The notes under the pieces: model-generated
What the model was told of the DNA's origin: nothing
Databases searched by the model: none
The model's input: only the letters and a program-made list of their open reading frames with translations
Assembly (NCBI GenBank): GCA_028023455.1
Contig: JAQFVV010000007.1
Coordinates: forward strand, 3,658,001-3,722,000
From: Epiperipatus broadwayi
Lineage: Eukaryota; Animalia; Onychophora
Reading direction: 5' to 3'
Length of the DNA: 64,000 nucleotides
Made by a program: the position numbers and the translations under genes
Shown here: piece after piece, positions 25,440 to 36,911 of the stretch
Layout of the letters: the number at the start of each line of letters is the position of its first letter
How positions within the stretch are numbered: the first letter of the stretch is position 1

Positions 25440-26710
25440 ATATTTTCCACGTTTTCGTCAACATTATCTTTCGAATTCTAAATATTAAAATTAGGAACTT
25501 TGTATAAGTCAAATTTATGGTCTGTTATAATAATAATTGAATACGCCGACTGCTAAAAAAAAAAAAAAAAAAAAGCTCCGTAAGGAAGCTTTTGAGATAC
25601 CAATGTACATCACTAGGCTCTTCGAAACGTAAATAAAATAAGTGAAGCAATCAACATTATATAAAAATCTTAAAATAAAAATAGTAGAATTTTCCTACAC
25701 TTACCATTCAACAGGATTCAACTCTTGATTAAATTACTAAATGTCATTATAAAATAATATTGTGAACCCTGAGAAATATCTGTAATTAAAACTACAGCTT
25801 CTACAGGATTTACAAAGAGCATCATGGCGAAGAAGCTACGTAACCTATCTTACCGTGTGGAGGCGCTCTTTGGCCCACCTGTTGATCACTAACACGTGCT
25901 TAAAACTATAATTTACAAAATCAGAGTATAATTTCAAATTATAACTTACCACAATCATTTTTACAAATTTTCTAATAATCCATATAAGTAAATGAAATTA
26001 TTTTATCATTTTGTTCTATAAATGAATTTTCCAAATAGCACAAAGTCAAATATAGTTGATGCAAGCTACACAAGTCAATAACTCTTAAACCTACCAGGAT
26101 AGAAATAAAAGTTGTTTTTTATATGTAAATTAGTTAAAGAACATGCGCTTTAGTTAAACAATAAAACAAAAACTAACGGTCATTTTTGTCGGGTTGTTTT
26201 TGAATTGAAAATGATTTTAGTTTAAAGGTTTGAGAGTGAATTCTTAATTATCTTACTGTATTTAACACTTGTGAATGTTTCTCCCTTTCATATAGTTGGA
26301 TTAAAATATTTATATATTATCGACAGACAAAAATTGAAATATCTCGAGCATTTCATAAAAGATCAAAAATTGTTAAGTGTTAAATTTCTTTTTTGATTCA
26401 TTTATATGTATCTCGAAATTCAATTAATAGCAGACAAAATATATTAACATTCGCCGTAATATGTAATAATGACGATTTGAGTTCATAGTAATCCCCCCCC
26501 CCCTTTGTTATTGCCATTATAGTTCTTTTCATACTTTTTCATAATTTTTTTTATCTTTCAGAATTTTACGCTCATTAAGTTAAAGCAATAGAATCATGTT
26601 TGTTATTAGTATGAAAATATTGCCCTGTGCAATTTAGCTCAGCTATAGGATGGCAAATTCAAGAGCCAATGATTTCAAATCGAGGCTCAATGTACCGCTT
26701 GCTTAAACAT
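25440..26710. promoter_or_regulatory. CpG-retaining region, putative unmethylated promoter or first exons
   Basis: About 25 CpGs counted in 1.3 kb, against almost none in neighbouring kilobases. Minus-strand donor-like sites (gtaagt, gtgagt) nearby. Confidence 0.45.
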
Positions 26711-28479
26711 TGCATAACTGACTAACCAACCATTCAATTATTTATTTATATCATCATGCTTTTAGTATGGTGGTTTAAAAACTACATATTCAGATAGATT
26801 AGGCTAAATAAAAGAGTAATTTAAAATTTGTGGTTCCTGAATCTATTTTCAGTTGAGTGTACAAAAAATGTAGGTTGGGTAATTTAATGGAACTAATTGT
26901 TATATTAAACCTACCATTTGAGTACAGAAATATCACATGATTTCTCTTGCAGTTACTTAGCATGGATGAATTGCTTAATAAGAAATTTAGAAAAATTGTT
27001 AAATTAGTTATTTATTTATTTTTATTTACTAAATGTGATAACAATTATTTATTCATACTTAATTATGAATGGCTGCTAATGAATGATGACAAACAAGAAT
27101 TATTAATCGGCTTCAAGTCATCATTGGGTTCTGGAAATCATATAATTATTGTTGCCCGGGGTAATCTACAATCTATTTGCTTTTTCAGAATGCTCAAAGA
27201 CAGTCTCATTATTCTATTAATGGAATCCATCCTATTAATGTTCTTTCTATTATTTTTGTTTTGTTTTTAGTTCATCGATCTTTCCAACTATTATACACTT
27301 TCTTAATAAAATATGGCAAGAATAGTTTCAATTGCAATACTCATACTTCAAGTAAAAATGACATAATGTTAATAAATTAAAATAAAAATTATAACACTTG
27401 TAAGGTATTATTAAGTACATGAATTAAAGAATAATAAAAAATTAAACAGAAGAATAAAATCTTCTCAACTTTGTAATAAATAGTAACTATATAAAATGTT
27501 AAAATATGAAAGCAATATAGAAATAGGAATCATAACAGTTATTTAACTCACACACTTTAAATAGAAAATCAAGTATAAAACAGAAAAAAAACAAACAATA
27601 ATTATAATAACCCAAATAAGTAAAGTAATTGTATAAAAATAATAAAAATTAATGATTCTACATATATATTTGTAACAAATGGGATAAAAGATATTCAAAA
27701 TAAGAAACTTTGTGGAAAATAAAAAATTGACCATATACAATTGAACATATAAATTTTTCAAGCTATTATTAGCAAAGTTCCTGCTAAGTAAAAATAAAAT
27801 AAAAAATGAGAAATATCATCAAATTTTCTATTAATATGATATAGTTGATAAAGCTTTTTAATCATAAAAAGATCATTACATCAACATTTAAACATAAAAC
27901 AATGAGTAATCTGTTAGTATGATAATATTAAGTAAAACATATGTATATAACAATTTCTATTTGATAACATTTACTTAAAAGTAAAAAACAAAAAAATCCA
28001 ATAATTTAATAATTTTAAATGATATACACAGGAAATAAAAGTATTTAGTTAATTAAAAATTTAATCACTTCTATTTAATCTCAAATAAAGCATATAAAAC
28101 AAGACAATTGCATAAATATTTGAAGTAATAGTTTTTAAAGTATTGAACTAATAAAAATTTGGTCCTTTAATATCTTCACGCTTTCACTTTCAAATACTTA
28201 AGATTCACCCATACAAAAGCGTTTGGGTTCGAAAAGATAGATGGCTATTCTATCTTTTCCAAAGACTTTATCATGTGGTTGAAATGTTAGTATTCATTCA
28301 TTTTATATTTAAATTCCAAAGCACATGTGCAACAGTTTAATGCTGTTTAAATATTATTATAAACCCAGATAGTAAAAGCATTTGAACATTCCTAACTAAA
28401 AAGAGTAGATACAGTTTCTTAAAGTTAAAAGACAAATATGAATTATAGTCATATAATAAAAATTTTTTGAAAAATTCAT

Positions 28480-28900
28480 AAACGTATGCTCTCTGAAATA
28501 TATAAGTTTGTCTCATTAGACATATTTGAAAGCCTTTTATGAAGTCAAAGCAATTTCATCAGCATAGATGAATTTTCTACAGTCACTGTCTGGAAAATCA
28601 TTGATTCCCTGCATGGGTTAATCGTTAGTGAATTGGATGAGTGTTTCAGATTCTGGAACATATGATGCTTAGATCGATTTCAGTTCTGTCATGATGCTCT
28701 CAAACTTCTTATGAACTTCCATGCAATAAAGCCATTTGAATTTTTTTTTAAAGTCTAATTTGAATTTTTCTATTGGAAAGGACTTTGACTCAAGTAAATT
28801 AATGGTTCCCCTTAATTTATTAGTGGTTTTATTAAGTTCACCAATTCTGCCACTGTACCCATAGAGTTGACAATGGATTAACTGTGTATCCTGGTTTATG
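28480..28900 (-). mobile_element. Decayed non-LTR RT remnant (same family as 29950-33250)
   Basis: Minus strand reads GTINLLES..SNRK and DCRKFIYADEIAL. Similar to 30440-30640. Confidence 0.6.
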
Positions 28901-30716
28901 TTTGTCCATATCTATATAGGTTAATGACTTTAAATTCCATGTATGAAACAGATGGTTCTGAATCTGCTGACAAGACTTCAAATTTATCAAATAAGATCAA
29001 ATCCAGATGACTTTATTATCAAATTTGGAAAATAAATTTGTTTGCAACCTCACAAGAAATTAACTTTTATGTCTTTGTCCTTCAGTTACAAATACTTGGT
29101 TGAATATCCAGAAATGGATCTTGATTTGAAATGAGTCTTCAATGGAGAGACTATATTGTGAATTATTGTCAAGTCCATTGTGCTTAAATGTTTCTGTACA
29201 TTTTTTGTAAGGCAAATTCTGTTTCTAATATCTGGTGAAGAATTATGTGAAAGAATTGGAAACCATTTCAAAGCATAGATTTGAGAGTAACAACAGTACT
29301 AGGTCTCATGAGAATATGTCAATATTTGATTGAACATACAAAAGTTTAATGTGGCACTTTTTTTTCAAAGAGGAATGCAGTATTCACCAATAAAATATAC
29401 TAGATCTAAATAGTGTCTGCAAACTTTCCAAGATTATTTCTACAATTATTTAAAATCTAATTTTAGATGAATAAAGAAAATGAATTGGGCAATGATCCAA
29501 GGATTATTCTAAATAATATGGGGAAGTTTTGTGTTCCAATTTATTTTTGCAGAAGAGTGTAGATTTTCAATCTTGACAAATTCAGAGAATTTTCTATTTA
29601 TGGAAAGTATTTCTTTTAAGAAGTCTGCTACATCCATTTACAATTCTTTAAAATTATTAGAATGATGTGTGCAAATAATAAATGTAATAAAAAATAATGT
29701 AAGTAAACAGATGAAAAGTTGATCTGCTAATAGAATTTAAAGCAATTAAAATGCTTCTGTAATTATTGTCGTAGTAATGCATGATTAGAATGTGCTAATG
29801 GATTAGAAAACTATTAAAATATTCTGAAGAACATTGTATTATGCCATTGGCATATTTCTTTAAATAGCACTAGAGATAAGCAAACTACAATTATCATACC
29901 TATATAATTAGCACTAATATGAAATAATAGTAAATTAAAGAGACATTGATATTACTAATGGAAAAGTAATATACTATTCCATATCAGGTGTACTCCAAAA
30001 AATGTCAAAATATAATATCTTGAAATTTATGAGGCCTATCAGTATAAAATCAATGCTCAATATTTAAGCAAGATGGTGCTGCTGTTGCAGAGAAATCCAT
30101 TCTGTATGTAATAAATAGATTGCAGAGTCATGTATAGGTCATCCTGACTTTTATTACTTATGTTAAGTCCTTCAGCAAACCTATGATACTTAAGCCATGT
30201 AAATATAGATAAAATGTATTAATTTATCTTTAACATAGGATAAAATATTTATGTATTCCCATTTAACTTATATTACTTTTGTATATTATACGTATGCTAA
30301 TCTAATACAATCAGTGCCTTATCATGTATTTTGTTAAGAGTATTTAATTAACATGACTTTTGGAAATTAGTTAAGACTGTGGATATTAATTAGAGAAGTT
30401 AAGGCAAATGTGTTTAACCTTCCAATTAGATATAGCACAAAGAAATGTCATCAGCATAGATAAATTTTCTGCATTCCAGATCTAGAAGATCATTGATTAA
30501 TATATTAAATACAAAGAAAAGATGATTCTTACAGTAAACTGTTCAATAGAATTTTGTATTTTCTATGACTATTATTAGTCATTGAATTTTTCTATTGGAA
30601 ACAATTTTGTGAAGAAAATTAATGGTTTTCCTGCACTTTAAGGTTTTAAAAACTTTTAGATCACTTTTCTAAACAGAAACATAGACCAATAAAGATAACA
30701 GCTGTTTTTAAGTTAC

Positions 30717-32075
30717 TGTAATGCTACAGGGAAATATGGGGTCATACCTTGGGTGATGGTCACCAGTATATGAACATCAACAGTCCTAAATTGGTTAGAC
30801 ATTTGTAACTCTATAGAAAATTGGAGTTTAAACCATGAGTAATCTGAGAGAATTGTATTTTTATCCTCAAGTTAAAAAAAATCTCAAAAGGGATGAGCAT
30901 AATAGATTATTCTGAAAGATCAGCACAGCTACTATAAGTTTACCAGCACTACCCATAAGAATAAGAACTATTCAAAAGAAGTAATCATTCATCATCATGA
31001 ATGATTAACAATCAAAAATAAAACAATCAAACTTGTAACTGGATTTGAAATGGGTCTTCTGTAGACCAGGCTAACTATTGAGCATTTCCCAGCTTTGGCA
31101 ATTATTTAAACCATAGTTTGGATGCACAAACTTAAGTACTAATCCATAAGAATACAACCAAAATAAATAATGGGATATTAAAACCTCATTTTCAATGCTC
31201 TGGTCACTTAGTACCATTAATGTACTGGCCAACTATAAACTTAATTTCTAATAAAGACCAAACTAAATAAAATGTAGTGCATGGACTTTGAAGAATATCC
31301 TATTTGTGCCTACCCAGAAATCATCATCATTATAATTATCTGGATGCCCATACACTAAATATAAACCCCCTATATATATCCAGCCATTATATATGAATCT
31401 ATCTCAGAAGAACACAAGCTCTATTACTTTTAGGTGACTAAGAGATGATGCAAAACAATTTTTAACAATTGAAATACAAGTTTATTAACAAAAATAAAAA
31501 TGATATTAAGGTCTCTAGAATATGGCTCTACAATTAGAAATTAAGTTTATAGTTGAGCAGTACATTAATGGTACTAAGTGTCCTGAACATTGATGATGAT
31601 CAGCAGGTTTTAATATTCCAGCATTATTATTTTTTGGTTATATTCTTATAGATTAGTGCTTAAGTTTGTGCATCCAAACTATGGTTTAAATAATTGCCCA
31701 AGCTGGAAAAAGTTCAATAGTTACCTTGGTCTACAGATCTATTTCAAATCCAGTCACAAAATTGACTGTTGATTTATTTTTAATTTCTAATCATTCATGT
31801 TGATGAATGGTTATTTCTTTTTGAATATCTATACTTTTGGGTAGTGCTGGTGAACTTATAGTTAGCTGCGCCAATCTCTCAGAGTGATCTATTATGCTCA
31901 TTCCTTTTGAGAGTTTTTTAAACTGAGGATAAAAATACAATTCCTCAGATCCCTTATGATTTAAACCCCAATTTTCTGTATAGATATAAATGGCTAACCA
32001 ATTTAGGGTAGTTGATATTCACATACTGGTGACCATCACCTGAAATACGACCTAGTATTTCCCTGTAGCATTACA
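30717..32075. repeat. Palindromic unit 2A (arms ~540 bp, loop ~280 nt)
   Basis: 30717-31252 is the inverse of 31533-32075, roughly 80% identical by eye. The terminal 20 nt tgtaatgctacagggaaata match exactly. Confidence 0.92.
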
Positions 32076-32077
32076 AT

Positions 32078-32099
32078 TGATGCCCCACATTAGGCACCA
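32078..32099 (-). promoter_or_regulatory. Decayed tRNA-Lys PBS linker
   Basis: Same 22-nt length as 7870-7891 and 18/22 identical to it. All differences are transitions, two of them at CpG. Confidence 0.8.
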
Positions 32100-32101
32100 A
32101 T

Positions 32102-32857
32102 TGTAATGGAATGGGGACATCAAGGTGGTGATAGTTTTAGTGAACTTGGGGTGATGGCAAAGCATTATCTCTCAAGTAAATTAAATTTAAAATGAAAAAT
32201 CAAATTAATTATTAAAGAAATCTTTAAAACCATAAAATATATAAGAATTTTATATATTATAAAAGAGCATGAGAACATGAAATCTCTCAGACAGATCATC
32301 CAGTTACTCCTTAGACTAATTGTAAATATAATTATACATCACTCAGCATTATCAATAAGTAATGGTAAGTATATATAATCAATTTAATGAGCCATCTTGA
32401 TTTTCTTTATGAATGAGCAAAACTGTGGATGGCTCATTAAATTGGTGGTTCATTCACCCATCTACCTGGTAGATCTTTCCAGTAGTCACACACTCATCTC
32501 AAAGATTAAGCCATGCATGTTATAGTACTTGCCTTTCTTTACGAATGAGCGAAACTACAGATGGCTCATTAAATTGATTACTTATACTTAATTTTTACTT
32601 ATTGATAATGCTGGGTGATGTATAATTATACCTACAATTGCTCTAAGGAATAACTAGCTGATCTGTCTGAAAGATTTCATGTTCTAAAGCTCTTTTGTAA
32701 TATAAAAAATTCTTATATATTTTGTGATTTTAAACATTACTTTAATAATTAATTTGATATTTCATTTTAAATTTAATTTACTTGGGAGTGATGATGATTT
32801 CCCATCACCCTAGGTTCACTAAAACTATCACCATCCTGATACCCCCAGCCCATTACA
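32102..32857. repeat. Palindromic unit 2B (arms ~297 bp, loop ~160 nt)
   Basis: 32102-32398 is the inverse of 32559-32857. Ends TGTAATGG...CCATTACA. Confidence 0.92.
32463..32574 (+). pseudogene. 18S rRNA 5'-end fragment (nt 1 to ~110), with a second partial copy at 32402-32445
   Basis: tacctggtagatctttccagtagtc...tctcaaagattaagccatgcatgt...gcgaaact...atggctcattaaat matches the conserved eukaryotic 18S 5' end. Confidence 0.9.
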
Positions 32858-33550
32858 TTATGTTAAAACCTTTTTTATTTTTAAGTTATTAAAGATAAAA
32901 TTTGTTCACAGTAGCTTTTTCCTGTCATATATCCTGCCTTTTCTAAACATATATTTGTAAAAGTTTTAGTAATATGATTTTTTCAAACAGTTCTAGGGAA
33001 AATGTAAGAATGATATAGTTTTGCTTTTATGCAAAATTTTTAGAATAGTTCCTATATGAATAATATTTTTCCAAACACACTTGGTTCTAAAAGTATGCTT
33101 TTTATTCCTGAGGATTTTTCTGATTTAAGACATTTGAGAACAAGTTCTTAACAGATTGCTATTAGAGGAAAAGAAGCTTGCAGTTCCACACTGATGAAGA
33201 TTTTTTTATCAATCAATATTGAGTTAGAATTCAGATATATGAGACTGAAAGCCTCATTAGTGATGCCAATAGTAGTCTTGTTTTTTTTTTCTAACTAAAG
33301 TGACTAAGCTTTTCAGCTAGATCTTGTAAAGTTCTTGTTTTTTATAATTCCATTTTTCTTTTCTAGCATCACATACTGATTTAATAAGTTTGTCAGCAAT
33401 TTTTTGATCTTTGATGACAAATATTGGCTACAAAGATTATTTTAGATTATTTTCAACCTGGAATGTATTTTTTATATATATACTTGAAGAATGGTCTCTT
33501 TGGCTATTGTTGTTATGAGTATATTAAACCTTTTATATATAAAAAGAACT

Positions 33551-33796
33551 TTAGACAAATTCACCTTTCTTATTACTGTTTTAATTATTATTTTATTAAA
33601 ATTAATCAATCTTATAGTTTTGATTGACCAGCAGTCTTCTTCAGAGTTATAACATATATAAATATATGAATACACTAAGCATGTTTATATATATACTTAT
33701 AGTGCAGAAAAAGATTGCTATTAATTGAAAGTCTAAGGTTGATTAATTTTAATAAAATAAGCATTGTAACAATTTAAGAAAGGTGAATTTGTCTAA
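33551..33796 (-). repeat. Inverted repeat enclosing a hammerhead-like motif (PLE pseudo-LTR type)
   Basis: Arms 33551-33614 and 33734-33796. Minus strand 33617-33644 reads ctgaaga agactgc tgg tcaatc aaaac. Confidence 0.7.
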
Positions 33797-34337
33797 TTTT
33801 TTATAATTTTATGAGTGCAGAAAGAGGGATAAGTTGATAATACTTTGTAAAGAAAAGAGAATTGGAGAGAATCTATTTTTCATTCAAGATATCCAATATA
33901 TTGATTCCGATGAGCTTTTCTTAAATTCCTTCCTGGAAGAGGATTACTTTCACTATAAGAATATGAATTCCAAAAATGATTTCACTTGCTTTACATTAAT
34001 TATAAAGAAAATTATTAATATCGGTAAATCAGCAACAAATAGATAACCATTTTTGTCGAAACAAACACAAATCATGGTCATTATACATTAGATGCTTATT
34101 TGATTGGATTTAAATATTACATTTGAATGTTGAATGATTATAAATATTCATATTAGGTTTTATCAAAAAAAGATTCCACAGTATATATGGGGAGGGGGGG
34201 TATATCTAATGAGCATTAGTAAAAAATAACATTTATATAACAATTTATACTATTATTTTTATATAAAAGTAGATAATATTAACAATAAAATACTATAAAA
34301 TGTAAATGTGTACAATGTAAACAATTTCTTATATAAA

Positions 34338-34431
34338 CCACTAAACATCTCATGATTTAGGACACTTGCATTACATTTTGATGGATGTCCTGCCCCAGTC
34401 AAACTCCCCACCTGAGAGAATTTTGCCTGTC
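34338..34431 (-). pseudogene. 28S rRNA fragment flanked by a 14-bp direct repeat
   Basis: Minus strand caggtggggagtttgactggggcaggacatccatcaaaatgtaatgcaagtgtcctaa resembles the conserved 28S CAGGTGGGGAGTTTGACTGGGGCGGTAC...GTGTCCTAA. atttcttatataaa occurs at 34324-34337 and 34432-34445. Confidence 0.8.
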
Positions 34432-35569
34432 ATTTCTTATATAAATGTAATAGACATACATAAATCAATTATACATTTTCTTCTTCCCCCTTTTCTTTTT
34501 TACGATTGTTTTAGTAAATAGATATTTCTAACATCTAAAGTCATAAAAGCAATATATAATTAGTTAATGTAACTATGTATTTATAATCATAAACAATCAA
34601 ATATAACAGTTAAGTACAATAACACAAACTTCTAATTTATAATGACCATGATTTATATAAAAAAACACCGATCATGTAAAAATATAAAACTTTTTTGAGA
34701 TTAATACAATGACTTATTACATTTTCTCATTATTGTGTCATTTTCCTGTATTATTGGTTTAATATTATTCTCAGAGTTTATTTTATATTCTGTATCCATA
34801 TAAATAATTATTGAAAGATGAAAATTTAAAAACAATATATAAAATATGAAGCTAAAAATAAATAAGATATAAAAAAAATATTATATACTATATTCACAAG
34901 CAATAAACCAAAATTGGACTGCAAAGTGATAGATCCCATTCTAAATCCAAATATCCCCCCAAGAAAACTTTGGACTTTTAATGTTTGATTTGAACATGGT
35001 TTTGATGAGAGATTATCTCAAAGGCATTCTAAAAAAATGCAATGTTAATTGTTTTCTTTAGGAAAACATGCAGAGAATGGAATACATTTGGAGAGCTACA
35101 ATTATGCATGATGTTGAAGTATTTCAGAATAAAAAATTGTTTTTTGAAGAAATCAATAGAACACATCATAAAACATTAAGTTATCAAGAAAATGGGTCAG
35201 AATATTCTCTCTCTATATATAATCTTATTTGTAGTTCATGGATTGACTTGTGTAATCATCACAAAACTCATTTTAGAGTATTTTCCCTACGTAGTTTTTT
35301 TAAAAAATGAAATTGCTACACTTATTTATGAGCAGCTATTTAATTTATTGTTAATCCAAGGATTAATAGCCAAAGCTTAATAAACCTATAAAATATTGAC
35401 AATCTAGTGTCAAAGCAACCGCTACAGGTAAAAGATAGATTCTACATTTTACCCTGACTGCAACTGTAACAGATTGAAATTTTAATTTGCTTAGAAGTTT
35501 TATATAGGGGGAGGGGGGTTGAACTGATAAGCTGAGCAATGATTGTATATATGTGTGATGATACTCTGG

Positions 35570-35613
35570 ACCAACTGATGAGTGCTGGTTTAGCATGAAA
35601 TACATATATTGGT
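35570..35613 (+). ncRNA. Minimal type I hammerhead ribozyme motif
   Basis: accaa CTGATGA gtgct ggttt agcat GAAA t acat a TA ttggt. Stems I and II and the core are complete, with an AUA cleavage triplet. The usual G-C closing pair of stem II is G-U. Confidence 0.75.
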
Positions 35614-36214
35614 GATTATTTATCTTTTCGATGTGTGTGATCAAGTGGGTCAGCTGTATGAGATAACATAAATAGTTGAGGGTTGTGTGAAAGTCTAAGT
35701 TCAAACCCCGAGTGCAGGTATGAAAAAGCCTGTACTGTAGAAGGCAAAGATGAACGTTTGAGGGTAATGAATAATCATTTCTTATAATCTTTCAAACAAA
35801 CTCTTGCTCAATACTTTGGATATAATAAACTACAAACTGCCAATGAATAATTGTTAAGATATGAATTATATTTGCAAACCAGTTAACTAGCAGATATGGT
35901 TGGTTTATTATGTCTAAAATAATAAGTAGGAGTTTATTTGAAAGATTCCTAAAAATAATTGTTTATTAATCCACCTTCAAACAGCTTATCTTTGCTATTG
36001 AATGAGTTTAAGATTTTTAGGCAAATTAAAATTTCAGTCTGTATAGTCACATATTTTTTCACTTTCCTATTTAAGAGCTTTAATTTGGATAAGATATAAT
36101 CCATCATTAATCTATAGAAGTTGTCAGCACAAGAGATTGTGGATATTTTATTGGTTTATTATACTTTAGCTGTTATGCCAAGAATTTATAGACAAGTATT
36201 AATTTTTACATGAT

Positions 36215-36549
36215 CTACAATATAATTATTATATCTTCTCCTTTACTTTTTTTGCATTCCTTCATAAATTCATATATATTACTTATAATAAATCTCCACA
36301 TGTACACTTCAGTGCAATTTTTATATAATTCCTTTAATTTTAATAATAATTATTAATTTTGAATAATAATGTAAAATATGAATTTTTATATGTATATACA
36401 ATAATGGTTATATGTTTAAATGTTGTAGCTCTGATGAAGACTGCAGGGCAGTCAAAACTGTTAGGAAATTAAAGGAATTATATTTAAAAATTTGCATTAA
36501 AGTGTATATGTGGAGATTTATTATAAGTAATATATATGAACTACAATAT
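36215..36549 (+). mobile_element. Short PLE-type insertion: inverted arm + hammerhead-like motif + arm, with ~9-bp TSD
   Basis: Arms 36269-36340 and 36466-36540. ctgatga agactgc agg gcagtc aaaac at 36431-36458. ctacaatat at 36215 and 36541. Confidence 0.72.
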
Positions 36550-36652
36550 TATTTCATTGAACTGTTTATAAATTCAATTATATAGGATCTTTTTAAAATG
36601 AGACTTTTCAATGTCATAGATATTTTAATATGAGAAATCTATTAACTATATC

Positions 36653-36911
36653 ATAAGATGTGATATGTTGGATTATTTCCATCAAATGTTGAATGTATAG
36701 AAAATTTTAAACTTTATTTAAACTTTCCAAATACAAACAACTTGTTAGTAATAACACACAAATAGACAATATTACTAACCTGTATTGTCTGTTTGAGTGT
36801 TATTACTAACAAGTTGTTTGTATTTGGAAAGTTTAAATAAAGTTTAAAATTTTTTATGCATTCAACATTCACTCATAAATGATGGAAATAGTCCAACATA
36901 TCACATCTTAT
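36653..36911. repeat. Fold-back / MITE-like palindrome (arms ~120 bp, loop ~11 nt)
   Basis: ataagatgtgatatgttgga...gacaata pairs with tattgtc...tccaacatatcacatcttat. One ~9-bp indel. Confidence 0.9.

Larger units (their letters stand above)
30717..32857. mobile_element. Composite non-autonomous LTR-like element: palindrome - tRNA-Lys PBS linker - palindrome (locus 2, older)
   Basis: Starts TGTAAT and ends ATTACA, with flanks ttac / ttat (4-bp TSD, one mismatch). Junction: TTACA at TGATGCCCCACATTAGGCACCA at TGTAAT. Confidence 0.82.
29950..33250 (-). mobile_element. Decayed LINE RT region (clade unresolved, not the RTE family above), split by the composite element
   Basis: Minus strand reads CLKSEKSSGI, LFEKII, GKSYCEQILSLI..KGFN, then the insertion, then LKTAVIFIGL, CRKTINFLHKIVSNRK and FNILINDLLDLECRKFIYADDISL. 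Confidence 0.75.
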
